In this document: piece by piece, positions 45,927 to 54,666 of the stretch
Layout: the number at the start of each line of letters is the position of its first letter
Position numbering within the stretch: the first letter of the stretch is position 1
Origin: Acidobacteriota bacterium
GTDB taxonomy: Bacteria > Acidobacteriota > Blastocatellia > Pyrinomonadales > Pyrinomonadaceae
DNA length: 64,000 nt
Direction of reading: 5' to 3'
Assembly (NCBI GenBank): GCA_043737915.1
Contig: JAYSZT010000001.1
Coordinates: 5,289-69,288 of the forward strand
Translations under genes and position numbers: made by a program
Notes under the pieces: model-generated
Database searches by the model: none
What the model saw: the letters and a program-made list of their open reading frames with translations, nothing else
Told to the model about the DNA's origin: nothing

Positions 45927-46678
45927 ACCCTCACCTCGATGCCGCGCATTTGCAAAAACAATTTCAGGTCGCGAATTCCGATCTCACCGTAGTGAAAAAC
46001 GCTCGCCGCAAGAGCCGCATCGGCCTGGCCACGGACGAAAACCTCGGCGAAATCGTCCATACTTCCCGCTCCACCCGATGCGATCACCGGAACGGCGACC
46101 GCCGTTGAAACCTGACGCGTCAATCCGTTCTCGAAACCGTCCTTGGTGCCGTCAGCATTCATCGAGGTCAATAATATTTCCCCTGCACCGAGTTCGACGC
46201 CCCGTTTTGCCCACTCGATAGAATCTATCTCGGTCGCCACACGTCCGCCATTCAAAAATACACGCCAGCCGTCATCTGTAGATTTCGCATCGATCGCCAG
46301 TACAATGCACTGTGAACCAAAATTACGGGCCGCCTCAGCAATGATCTCGGGGCGGACGACTGCCGCCGTATTGATCGAAACCTTATCAGCCCCCGAATCT
46401 AGCAACGCCCCAATATCGTCCACCGTCGAAATACCGCCCCCGACGGTGAATGGAATGTTCACTTCGAATGCGACCCGCCGAACCAACTCAGCTAGTGTTT
46501 TACGCTTTTCGTTGGTTGCCGAAATATCGAGCAGAACGAGCTCGTCCGCACCGGCCTCACAGTATTTCGCCGCCAATTCGACCGGATCTCCGGCATCGCG
46601 AAGCTCCAGAAAATTCGTTCCCTTGACAGTCCGTCCATCTTTAACATCGAGGCACGGCACGATACGTTTAGCCAACAT
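45923..46678 (-). CDS. hisF: Imidazole glycerol phosphate synthase cyclase subunit
   Basis: The protein begins [23 protein letters not shown] and also contains [16 protein letters not shown] and [11 protein letters not shown]. Confidence 0.96.
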   Translation of the reverse strand: MLAKRIVPCLDVKDGRTVKGTNFLELRDAGDPVELAAKYCEAGADELVLLDISATNEKRKTLAELVRRVAFEVNIPFTVGGGISTVDDIGALLDSGADKVSINTAAVVRPEIIAEAARNFGSQCIVLAIDAKSTDDGWRVFLNGGRVATEIDSIEWAKRGVELGAGEILLTSMNADGTKDGFENGLTRQVSTAVAVPVIASGGAGSMDDFAEVFVRGQADAALAASVFHYGEIGIRDLKLFLQMRGIEVRV

Positions 46679-47390
46679 ATTTAGCGAGCTCCTCTAGTTT
46701 GATCGTCTTTTCATACAGCGACTTGCCGACAATAACTCCACTACAGCCTATCTGTGCAAGTTCGTCGATATCCTCGATCGACCTCACGCCGCCGCTCGCG
46801 ATCAGCCTGATCTCGCCAACCGCCGACTTGATCCGTCGGTAGAGTTGAAACGATGGGCCATTCATCGCCCCGTCGAGTTCGATGTCGGTTACGAACGCGT
46901 TTGTTACGCCTTTTGACGCAAATTTTAATAGCAGTGCGAGAATTGGAACTTCGGTATCGGTCTGCCAGCCGTCGATCGAGACCTTGCCGTCCCGACTATC
47001 GGCACCGAGCAATATCCTGTCTCCGCCAAAACGTTTGACGATCTCGAAAAATGTTTCCGGCTCCTTCACCGCGAGACTGCCGATGTTTACGATCGACGCA
47101 CCGGCCGCAAAAACAGCTTCGGCGTCGCTTCCCGTTTTTATCCCACCGCCAAAATCGATCGTCAGCTTTGTGGCATTTGCGATGCTTTCGAGAACTGCGA
47201 GATTCGCCGGCGTACCGGTTCGTGCCCCGTCGAGATCGACGATATGCAACCTCTTCAAACCGGCATTTTCGAACTCCCTCGCCACCTCGACCGGGTCGCC
47301 GGAATATATCGTCTTTTGATTAAAATCGCCCTGCCTCAGCCTGACGCACTTGCCGTCGATGAGATCTATCGCTGGAATAATTTCGATCAT
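46668..47390 (-). CDS. hisA: ProFAR isomerase
   Basis: The protein begins [23 protein letters not shown] and also contains [15 protein letters not shown] and [12 protein letters not shown]. Confidence 0.95.
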   Translation of the reverse strand: MIEIIPAIDLIDGKCVRLRQGDFNQKTIYSGDPVEVAREFENAGLKRLHIVDLDGARTGTPANLAVLESIANATKLTIDFGGGIKTGSDAEAVFAAGASIVNIGSLAVKEPETFFEIVKRFGGDRILLGADSRDGKVSIDGWQTDTEVPILALLLKFASKGVTNAFVTDIELDGAMNGPSFQLYRRIKSAVGEIRLIASGGVRSIEDIDELAQIGCSGVIVGKSLYEKTIKLEELAKYVG

Positions 47391-47971
47391 ATTTTTAGGA
47401 AGTTCTCTAATATCAGATGCCCTGCGTTGCCGGATCTTTCGGGGTGAAACTGAACGCCGTAAAAATTGCGATACTCGAACGCGGCACTAAACTTCTCCAC
47501 ATAAGTGCACGTCGCCGTCGCTTGTTCCCCAGTTTCGACGTAGTATCCGTGAACAAAATAGACGTGCTCGCCGCCCGTTATACCGTCGAAAAGCGTTGAG
47601 CCAAGGTCTTCGACGGTATTCCAGCCAACGTGTGGAATTTTTAGACTCGTCGACTGAAACTTTCGGACCTGATACGGCATTACTCCGAGGCACTCCGTGT
47701 CGTTTTCCTGAGAACTGGTACAGAGCAACTGCATTCCGAGGCATATTCCGAGTACGGGTTGAGAAAGCGATTTAATGACGCCATCGAGTCCGCGATCACG
47801 AAGGTGTCGCATCGCTGTCGAGGCCTCGCCGACTCCGGGAAAAATAACTTTGTCTGCACCGGTCAGCACCGCGGCGTCATCCGTTATCAGCGGCTCGATA
47901 CCTAAGCGGCCCAACGCATTGGCGACCGAGGCGGTGTTTCCCGCATTGTATTTGACGATCGCAACCTTCAT
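47387..47971 (-). CDS. hisH: Imidazole glycerol phosphate synthase glutamine amidotransferase subunit
   Basis: The protein begins [16 protein letters not shown] and also contains [17 protein letters not shown] (catalytic Cys) and VQFHPERSG. Confidence 0.95.
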   Translation of the reverse strand: MKVAIVKYNAGNTASVANALGRLGIEPLITDDAAVLTGADKVIFPGVGEASTAMRHLRDRGLDGVIKSLSQPVLGICLGMQLLCTSSQENDTECLGVMPYQVRKFQSTSLKIPHVGWNTVEDLGSTLFDGITGGEHVYFVHGYYVETGEQATATCTYVEKFSAAFEYRNFYGVQFHPERSGNAGHLILENFLKI

Positions 47972-49071
47972 AGAACTCCCTTCGTCGTCGGCAGACCGGA
48001 GCCCTGACGGCGGACGGCCATTTTTATGGACCTCGCAAAAGCCTTGAAGATCGCCTCGATCTTGTGATGTTCGTTCGTTCCCTCAGCTTTGATATTCAGG
48101 TTGCATAACGCTTTATCAGTAAACGACTTAAAGAAGTGCGGAAACATCTCGGTCGGCATCTCTCCGATCTTCTCGCGTTTGAATTCCGTCTCCCAAACAA
48201 GCCAATTCCGGCCGCCAAAATCCAATACGACCTGTGCCAAACAATCGTCCATCGGAATGCTGAAGCCGTATCGCTCAAGCCCGCGTTTATCCGCCAGTGC
48301 GATCGCGAACGCCTCACCAAGCGTGATCGCAACGTCCTCGATCGTATGGTGCTCATCGATATGCAGGTCGCCCGTCGCCTTAAGATCCAGATCGAGGCCG
48401 CCGTGCCGGGCGAGTTGCTCGAGCATGTGATCAAAAAAGGAAATGCCGGTCGAGATATCAGATCTACCGCTGCCATCGAGATTCAACTCGAGCGAAATGT
48501 CCGTCTCAAGTGTTGTTCGGCGGTGTGAGATAAGGCGATCAGGCAATCGTAATGCCTCATAGATCGCGTCCCAATTCGTGACGCTGAGAACATTCAAGCC
48601 CTCGATCTCGTCGAGCTTAAAGTTCGGGTTCTCGATGTATATCGCTTTCGCTCCAATGTTTTTCGCGAGCTGAACATCGGTCGGTCGGTCGCCAATGACG
48701 TACGAGTTCGCAAGGTCGAAGTCACCGCCCATATATTTGGTCAGCATCGCCGTGCCGGGCTTTCGCGTCGGAGCATTTTCATGTTCGAAGGTCCGGTCGA
48801 CAAAAACGTCTGCAAATTCGACGCCTTCGTCCGCAAGTGCTTGCAGCACGAAACTCTGCGCCGGATGAAACGCCGTTTCCGGAAAACCTTCTGTCCCGAG
48901 TCCGTCCTGATTCGTCACCATCACGAGTACATAGTCGGTCTCGCGAGCGACCTTCGCGAGATTCGTTATGACGCCCGGCAAAAATCTCAGCTTTTCCAGG
49001 AGATCGACCTGAAAATCGTCGGGTTCGCGAATGATCGTGCCGTCGCGGTCAATAAATAAAACTTTCTTCAT
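47968..49071 (-). CDS. hisB: Bifunctional histidinol-phosphatase / imidazoleglycerol-phosphate dehydratase
   Basis: The N-terminal HAD phosphatase contains [14 protein letters not shown] and VTNQDGLG. The C-terminal IGPD contains [18 protein letters not shown] and [16 protein letters not shown] favour the ATG at 49071, which has AAGGAG about 10 nt upstream, over the TTG at 49080. Confidence 0.93.
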   Translation of the reverse strand: MKKVLFIDRDGTIIREPDDFQVDLLEKLRFLPGVITNLAKVARETDYVLVMVTNQDGLGTEGFPETAFHPAQSFVLQALADEGVEFADVFVDRTFEHENAPTRKPGTAMLTKYMGGDFDLANSYVIGDRPTDVQLAKNIGAKAIYIENPNFKLDEIEGLNVLSVTNWDAIYEALRLPDRLISHRRTTLETDISLELNLDGSGRSDISTGISFFDHMLEQLARHGGLDLDLKATGDLHIDEHHTIEDVAITLGEAFAIALADKRGLERYGFSIPMDDCLAQVVLDFGGRNWLVWETEFKREKIGEMPTEMFPHFFKSFTDKALCNLNIKAEGTNEHHKIEAIFKAFARSIKMAVRRQGSGLPTTKGVL

Positions 49072-49076
49072 AATCT

Positions 49077-50147
49077 TCAAACTCCTTCGCCTGCCATCTT
49101 TTCAAACTGCCCGAGAGCTTGAATTAGCAGCACATTTTCGTCCGGCGTGCCGACCGTTATCCGCAGGCAACCGCCGCATAATTCAACGTTATTGCGGTTG
49201 CGAACGACAATATGAGAATCGAGCAAAAATCGATAAACAGTCTCGGCGTCCGCAACCTTAACCAATAAAAAATTCGCGTCCGACCCGTAGATCTTTTCGA
49301 CAAAGGCGAGAGCCTCCAGATCGCCTGACAGGACGGAACGCTCGACAAGCACCGCTGCGGTCCACTGATCGATCTTCCCGCGATCAGCGAACGCATCGAT
49401 CACCGTCTGTTGAGCGATGCCGCTGACGTTGTACGGAGGCTTGACGCGATTCATCAGATCGATGATCGCGGTACCCGCAAAAGCCATTCCAACCCGCAGT
49501 CCGGCCATTCCCCAAGCTTTGGAAAAAGTTTGTAGGACAACGATATTCGGGTATCTATCGAGTTCACCTATAAACGACGGTTCGGCCGAAAAATCGATAT
49601 ATGCCTCATCAACGACGACAATTCCGTCGAGTTTCGTGGCGATGTCCACGATCGACTCACGCCTCATGGAATTGCCTGTCGGGTTGTTTGGGGAGCAGAT
49701 GAATATTAGTTTTGTCCGCTCCGAGATCGCAGCTAGGATCGCAGAAGTATCAAGCTCGAAGTCTATCGTCAGCGGCACTTCCGTGACCGCGACGTCGTTG
49801 ATCTCGGCCGACACACGGTACATTCCATAGGTCGGTGGGCAAACTATCACAGCGTCGACGTCGGGTTTACAAAAAATGCGAAACAACAGATCGATCGCCT
49901 CGTCACTGCCGTTGCCGACGAAAATATTGTCCGCCGCGACACCTTTCGCCTCAGAGATCAGGCTCTTTAATTCAAGTTGGAGCGGATCGGGATAACGGTT
50001 ATAACCTTCTCCCGCCGGCGAGCCGAACGCGTTCTCGTTCGCGTCGAGAAACACCTCAGCAGTTCCCGTAAACTCGGATCGAGCCGATGAATACGGCTTG
50101 AGTCGCTTGATGTTCTCACGCACGAGACGTGAAAGTTCAAATGCCAT
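49077..50147 (-). CDS. hisC: Histidinol-phosphate aminotransferase
   Basis: The sequence contains [21 protein letters not shown] and [14 protein letters not shown] (PLP lysine). I favour the ATG at 50147 ([19 protein letters not shown]), which overlaps the hisD end by 11 nt. The track start is 50198. Confidence 0.92.
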   Translation of the reverse strand: MAFELSRLVRENIKRLKPYSSARSEFTGTAEVFLDANENAFGSPAGEGYNRYPDPLQLELKSLISEAKGVAADNIFVGNGSDEAIDLLFRIFCKPDVDAVIVCPPTYGMYRVSAEINDVAVTEVPLTIDFELDTSAILAAISERTKLIFICSPNNPTGNSMRRESIVDIATKLDGIVVVDEAYIDFSAEPSFIGELDRYPNIVVLQTFSKAWGMAGLRVGMAFAGTAIIDLMNRVKPPYNVSGIAQQTVIDAFADRGKIDQWTAAVLVERSVLSGDLEALAFVEKIYGSDANFLLVKVADAETVYRFLLDSHIVVRNRNNVELCGGCLRITVGTPDENVLLIQALGQFEKMAGEGV

Positions 50148-51435
50148 CGAGCCCTCCGCCCCATTCGCGTCTGATCGAAACGGCGTTTTTGTGAGCATCG
50201 AGTCCCTCTGCCGCCGCCATCATCTCGATCGACGGTCCGAGGTTGCGAATGCCCTCGCTCGACAGGTTTTGAAACGTGATCGTCTTGGTAAAACTCGCGA
50301 CCGACACGCCACTGTAAGCTCGAGCCGCGCCGCCGGTCGGCAGCGTGTGGTTCGTTCCCGATGCGTAATCTCCCGCACTCTCGCACGAATAATTGCCGAT
50401 GAATACAGAGCCGGCGTTCGTGATCGACTCCGCAATCTCACCTGCGTTTTCCGTCGCAATGATGAGGTGCTCGGCGGCGTATTCGTTGAGCAGTTCGACT
50501 CCCGCCTCGATCGATCTCACGAGGATCGCTTTCGAATTTTCGAGTGCCGTCAGTGCCGTCGCCTTCCGAGGGAGCGTTTCTATCTGCCGCTCGATCTCAG
50601 CGATCGTCTCGGCCATCGATTCCTCAGACGTCGAGACGAAAATGACCTGACTGTCCGGTCCGTGCTCGGCCTGCGACAGCAGATCGGCGGCGACAAATGC
50701 GGGCACGCACGTTTCGTCGGTCAATATCGCGACCTCAGAAGGCCCGGCCGGCATGTCGATTGCGACGCCGGTTCGCATTATTTGCAATTTTGCCTCGGTC
50801 ACGAACTGATTGCCCGGGCCGAATATTTTATAAACCGCCGGAACCGTTTCGGTGCCGTACGCCATCGCCCCGACGGCCTGTGCCCCGCCGATCTTGTAAA
50901 CCTTTGTCACACCGCAAAGCCTGGCCGTGTAGAGCGTCGTAGGATCGACTTTACCTTGCTGATTCGGCGGCGAACAAAGGACGATCTCGGAGCAGCCGGC
51001 GATCCTGGCAGGGATCGCAAGCATCAGCACGGTCGAAAAAAGCGGTGCGCTTCCCGCCGGAACATAAAGCCCGACGCGTTCGATCGGCGTTACTTTTTTC
51101 CAGCATCGAACGCCGCTGATCGTCTCGATTATTTCGGGCAAGGCGTCAGTCACAGCGTGAAACTTCTCTATATTTGCCTTTGCCACCGCGATCGCGTCCT
51201 TCAATTCTTGCGGTACTAGGGCGTCGGCATCGAGAAATTCGTCTTCGCTGACGAGAAACTCATCGAGCTCGACCTTGTCGAAATGCCGTGAGCAGTGCCG
51301 AAGTGCCGTGTCGCCATTATCACGCACATCAGCAAGGATATTTGCGACTGTGCGTTCAAGAAATTTCGTGTCGAGCGCAGGGCGTTTTAGCATTTCGCCC
51401 CAGGTTTCTTTTTCCGGATATTTGATAATTTGCAT
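50137..51435 (-). CDS. hisD: Histidinol dehydrogenase
   Basis: The 432-aa protein contains YVPAGSAPLFSTVLM, GGAQAVGAMAYGT, FGPGNQFV, LLSQAEHGPDSQV and DYASGTNHTLPT. Confidence 0.96.
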   Translation of the reverse strand: MQIIKYPEKETWGEMLKRPALDTKFLERTVANILADVRDNGDTALRHCSRHFDKVELDEFLVSEDEFLDADALVPQELKDAIAVAKANIEKFHAVTDALPEIIETISGVRCWKKVTPIERVGLYVPAGSAPLFSTVLMLAIPARIAGCSEIVLCSPPNQQGKVDPTTLYTARLCGVTKVYKIGGAQAVGAMAYGTETVPAVYKIFGPGNQFVTEAKLQIMRTGVAIDMPAGPSEVAILTDETCVPAFVAADLLSQAEHGPDSQVIFVSTSEESMAETIAEIERQIETLPRKATALTALENSKAILVRSIEAGVELLNEYAAEHLIIATENAGEIAESITNAGSVFIGNYSCESAGDYASGTNHTLPTGGAARAYSGVSVASFTKTITFQNLSSEGIRNLGPSIEMMAAAEGLDAHKNAVSIRREWGGGLDGI

Positions 51436-51440
51436 TGTTT

Positions 51441-52295
51441 TTACCTGATCAATTGATCGATCGACAGCACCAGAATTCCCTCGGCCCCGGCTTGTTTCAG
51501 GTTATCGACGACCTCCCAAAAATCTCGTTCATTTATGACCGAATGGATCGAAACCCAGCCGGGTTCCGCCAGCGGCATCGTCGTTGGGCTTTTGATACCG
51601 GGCAGGATCTTTGAGATCTCATCCACCTTGTCGATCGGGGCGTTAAGCAAAATATATTTATTCTGCGCCGCCGCCATGACGCTGCGAATGCGGAACAGAA
51701 GTTTGTCGAGGATCGCGATCTGCTCCTGATTCAAATTCTGCTGCGCGATCAGAACAGCCTCCGACATCATCACCGTCTCGACCTCACGCAAACCGTTAGA
51801 GAACAGCGTGCTTCCTGAGCTAACAAGATCGCAAACCGCATCCGCAAGGCCGATCGACGGGGCGATCTCGACCGAACCGCTGATCTCGTGAATATCAGCG
51901 GAGATCGAATGTGACGCAAAATATTGAGCCAAAATGTTTGGATAACTCGTCGCGATCCGCACAGACGCAAGGTCCTTGAGGTCTCGATACTCAAACGCCT
52001 TTGGCACGGCAAGCGACAAACGACACTGTCCGAAACCGAGTTTCTCGACCGTCTTCACGGCCTTCGGATGCTCAGCCAAAATATTCTCGCCGACGATGCC
52101 GATATCGGCCACGCCATCGGCTACATAGTCCGGAATATCGTCGTCCCTTAAGAAAAATATCTCGAGCGGAAAGTCGAACGACTCCGTCCGGAGTTTGCCC
52201 TCACCATTCGAAAAACTGATCCCGCACTTCTTTAAAAGCTCGGATGAACCATCCGCCAATCTTCCTTTTTTTTGTAAAGCGATCTTTAATTTCAT
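51441..52295 (-). CDS. hisG: ATP phosphoribosyltransferase, long form
   Basis: From the ATG at 52295 the protein begins MKLKIALQKKGRL and also contains DIPDYVADGVADIGIVGEN and DLVSSGSTL. A C-terminal regulatory domain is present (about 285 aa in total). Confidence 0.93.
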   Translation of the reverse strand: MKLKIALQKKGRLADGSSELLKKCGISFSNGEGKLRTESFDFPLEIFFLRDDDIPDYVADGVADIGIVGENILAEHPKAVKTVEKLGFGQCRLSLAVPKAFEYRDLKDLASVRIATSYPNILAQYFASHSISADIHEISGSVEIAPSIGLADAVCDLVSSGSTLFSNGLREVETVMMSEAVLIAQQNLNQEQIAILDKLLFRIRSVMAAAQNKYILLNAPIDKVDEISKILPGIKSPTTMPLAEPGWVSIHSVINERDFWEVVDNLKQAGAEGILVLSIDQLIR

Positions 52296-52391
52296 ATAGC
52301 AACAAAACGACAAAGCAACGCCGCTTGAACGTAATGTTCAAGTTCGCGTCGCTGAATAAAAACTGTATTCGTGTTATCTAAAAAACGAGAT
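52296..52391 (-). promoter_or_regulatory. Putative his attenuator: terminator hairpin plus U-rich tract between the leader ORF and hisG
   Basis: The minus-strand RNA reads ...ACGCGAA-CUUGAAC-AUUAC-GUUCAAG-CG(G)CGU-UGCUUUGUCGUUUUGUUGCUAU-AUG(hisG). The core 7-bp stem corresponds to 52324-52342 on the plus strand, and the extended stem to 52318-52349. The 5' arm (CGCGAA) is complementary to UUCGCG at the end of the leader ORF (52402-52407). Confidence 0.5.
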
Positions 52392-52460
52392 TCAATTCAC
52401 GCGCGAATTTGTATGCGCATGATGGTGGAGATGATGGATGTGAAGGGCTGTCGCTAACAT
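52392..52460 (-). CDS. hisL: Histidine-rich leader peptide (22 codons): MLATALHIHHLHHHAHTNSRVN
   Basis: My own minus-strand translation is ATG TTA GCG ACA GCC CTT CAC ATC CAT CAT CTC CAC CAT CAT GCG CAT ACA AAT TCG CGC GTG AAT TGA. Codons 7-16 contain 7 His codons. It lies about 100 nt upstream of hisG on the same strand. It is below the length cutoff of the ORF track. Confidence 0.6.
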   Translation of the reverse strand: MLATALHIHHLHHHAHTNSRVN

Positions 52461-52726
52461 CGTATTTCTATTAAAAACACATCAGGAAATGAATTGCAAA
52501 CGTTTTCGACTTTTCTTCTTGTTTTCTTTACGGGATCACCCTCGTAAAGTGAAAGTCAAAAGAGCTCTAATGCAAAGCCGCCGAGCCGCCGAGGACGCCA
52601 TGAAGAAAACGGTAACTATTTGATGCAAAGCTTTCTGCTTATCTACCTTTGCTTCCTTTTTGCGGCTTTGCGACTTCGCGGGAAAACGGTTTCATCTTAG
52701 ATCGATGCAAAACTCGACCGACCATT

Positions 52727-52827
52727 TAACCGCTGATGACGCAGATAAAGCATATTTGCAGGAATTTTCTACAGGAAGCACCTAAAACTTCATTTCTGAT
52801 CTCTCAGATCCGCTTCATCTGCGGTTA
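52727..52827. repeat. MITE/REP-like element: 20-nt imperfect terminal inverted repeats (17/20) flanking about 60 nt
   Basis: The left arm is taaccgctgatgacgcagat (52727-52746). The right arm is atccgcttcatctgcggtta (52808-52827), whose reverse complement is taaccgcagatgaagcggat. It lies in the 580-bp noncoding gap between the his leader and the FHA operon. Confidence 0.5.
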
Positions 52828-52898
52828 GGTCTTCCTTCAGTCTTTGCACGATCCTGTTTGCCAAAATACTTGTATGCTAAAATTTAGATTTTAAGATC

Positions 52899-53126
52899 AT
52901 GGAAACTGTTATTACCGACGAAGTTCTGGCCGAGTTCGGCAAGCGTATTCAGCGTTGTTACGGGTGTTTTATTGCTTATCATCTTAAAGACATGTTCCTT
53001 GGCGAGGACGTGACATTTTACTGCGACTACTGCAAAGACGAGACAATGTTTCACTTTGATGAGTTTGCCCGGCTGCTCGACATGTCCAAATTGAAAGAGG
53101 TCGCGGACGACGATCACCACCATTAA
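52899..53126 (+). CDS. Small Cys4 (zinc-ribbon-like) protein with an acidic/His C-terminal tail
   Basis: The 75-aa protein has two CxxC pairs (CYGC and CDYC, 18 residues apart) and ends ...EVADDDHHH. Its stop overlaps the FHA gene start (TAATG). Confidence 0.55.
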   Translation: METVITDEVLAEFGKRIQRCYGCFIAYHLKDMFLGEDVTFYCDYCKDETMFHFDEFARLLDMSKLKEVADDDHHH

Positions 53127-54652
53127 TGAAGCCAGTAGTTCTTCACATCAAGTCGCCGGACGGCGAACTCAACTTAACGCTCGACGGCGAACTGACCATC
53201 GGCCGCACCGATCTTTCCACTCTCGCGATCAATGACAGTGGCCTCTCGCGTAAAAATACTACGTTTTTCATCGACGGCGAAGATGTACTCGTCGTTGACG
53301 AAGAATCGTTGAACGGCACATTTCTGAATGGTAGCCAGATCACCGGGCCTCCGCGAATTCTAAAAAACGGGGATGAGTTGAAGATCGGCAGTTCGACGCT
53401 TATACGTATCGCGTTCGGAGAAGGCAACACCGGGCATCGAAGCGAGGATCCGCCGACAACAAAGATAGACGCTCCGCCTAAGGCCTACTCGATCGGACAA
53501 GTACCACTCCAGCCGGCTCCCGCTGTAACTCCGCCGCCAAGATCGTTAACAAACCGCCCGCAGATGCTCTTGATCGCGGCGGGAGTGATGACGTTTTTGA
53601 TCATTTTTGTCGCCCTGATCGCTATTCTTATTGTTTCGCGCAATCCGAGTTCCGCAGCTGTACCGGGCAAGACTCCGCTTCCGATCAATCCTTCGAGCGT
53701 CATTCCGCGCCGTGTTATCGACCCGCTGGGCGGTGAGGACGAGGATAATCTCGACGACCTTATCGCGTCTTGGGAAACCGAAGAAAAAGAGATCGACGCG
53801 GCCACGATTTCTGATGTCGCAGTTGAGCCCGCCAACACCGAGGAAGCCGATCTAAATGTCACCGCTGCCTTCCTCGCCGAACGCCAGAAAAAGGCATTTG
53901 AGCCGCGAACCGGCGACACCGGCATCCGGCCTGCCGGGCTAAATCCGCCGAAGGAACTCTTTGGGGATGGAGTTATCAAACAGAAGGCAAAGCTCCGCGA
54001 GATGAACACCGGCGGATACAAACAGCCGCTCGATTTTGCCGAATTGGCGGAGAAGCGTATCAAAAAAGAGCTGCTCGAGATGCCGATGGCGAGCAAGAGT
54101 TTCTACCTCGACGTCGGCGGTAGCGCGAGCGACGGACCTTTCTCATCGTTTAGTTTTGGCAGCGGCAATACCGAGATACCTCAGGGTTCGGCGAAATATC
54201 AAACACTCTCGACGCTCGCGGCAAATTTCGCGGGGCAAAAATACGACCTGGGGAACGCCAGCGATCGCAAACAAATGCGCATTCGGCTCCTCAGAATGTT
54301 CAACCCTCGAGCGAAGCCGATCTTGCAAGAGCTAGCCGACGCCTACTTCGGCAAGTTCGGCCGACCGCTGCGCGTGACTTCGCTGACGCGTTCGATGGAT
54401 TACCAGATAAGCCTCAACGCGACCAACGCCAACTCCTTCAAGGTTCGCGGGGAAGGATCGCTGCCGCCGCACACCTCGGGTTGTGCATTCGACCTCGCCC
54501 GCAAACACATGACCGCCGACGAGCAAAATTTCGTAATGAATAAACTCGCCGAAATGGAAAACGCCAACAAACTCGACGCTCTCATCGAATATGGCGAAAA
54601 TGCCTGCTTTCACGTCTTTATCTATTCGGACGGTCTGCCGCCAAAGATGTAG
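53126..54652 (+). CDS. FHA-domain protein with a single TM helix and a C-terminal LAS/M15-like (VanY/YcbK-type) peptidase-like domain
   Basis: The FHA domain reads LTIGRTDLSTLAINDSGLSRKNTTFFIDGEDVLVVDEESLNGTFLNGSQI. A Pro-rich linker precedes the TM helix MLLIAAGVMTFLIIFVALIAILIV. The C-terminus has LRVTSLTRSMDYQISL...GEGSLPPHTSGCAFDL...ENACFHVFIY, an HxxGxAxD ... xH pattern as in LAS zinc peptidases. Confidence 0.7.
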   Translation: MKPVVLHIKSPDGELNLTLDGELTIGRTDLSTLAINDSGLSRKNTTFFIDGEDVLVVDEESLNGTFLNGSQITGPPRILKNGDELKIGSSTLIRIAFGEGNTGHRSEDPPTTKIDAPPKAYSIGQVPLQPAPAVTPPPRSLTNRPQMLLIAAGVMTFLIIFVALIAILIVSRNPSSAAVPGKTPLPINPSSVIPRRVIDPLGGEDEDNLDDLIASWETEEKEIDAATISDVAVEPANTEEADLNVTAAFLAERQKKAFEPRTGDTGIRPAGLNPPKELFGDGVIKQKAKLREMNTGGYKQPLDFAELAEKRIKKELLEMPMASKSFYLDVGGSASDGPFSSFSFGSGNTEIPQGSAKYQTLSTLAANFAGQKYDLGNASDRKQMRIRLLRMFNPRAKPILQELADAYFGKFGRPLRVTSLTRSMDYQISLNATNANSFKVRGEGSLPPHTSGCAFDLARKHMTADEQNFVMNKLAEMENANKLDALIEYGENACFHVFIYSDGLPPKM

Positions 54653-54666
54653 AATAGTTTCTAAAG

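Noticed and set aside
50098-51219. A 373-aa ORF on the plus strand, antisense to hisD/hisC
   Set aside because: It lies entirely inside well-supported his genes on the other strand. Its translation is Arg/Ser/Asp-rich low-complexity sequence with no recognisable motif. This is the typical shadow ORF produced by GC-rich third positions.
52858-52883. A TTGCCA ... TAAAAT promoter-like pair upstream of the Cys4 ORF
   Set aside because: By my count the spacer is only 14 nt, which is too short for a standard sigma70 promoter. It is not reported as a feature.
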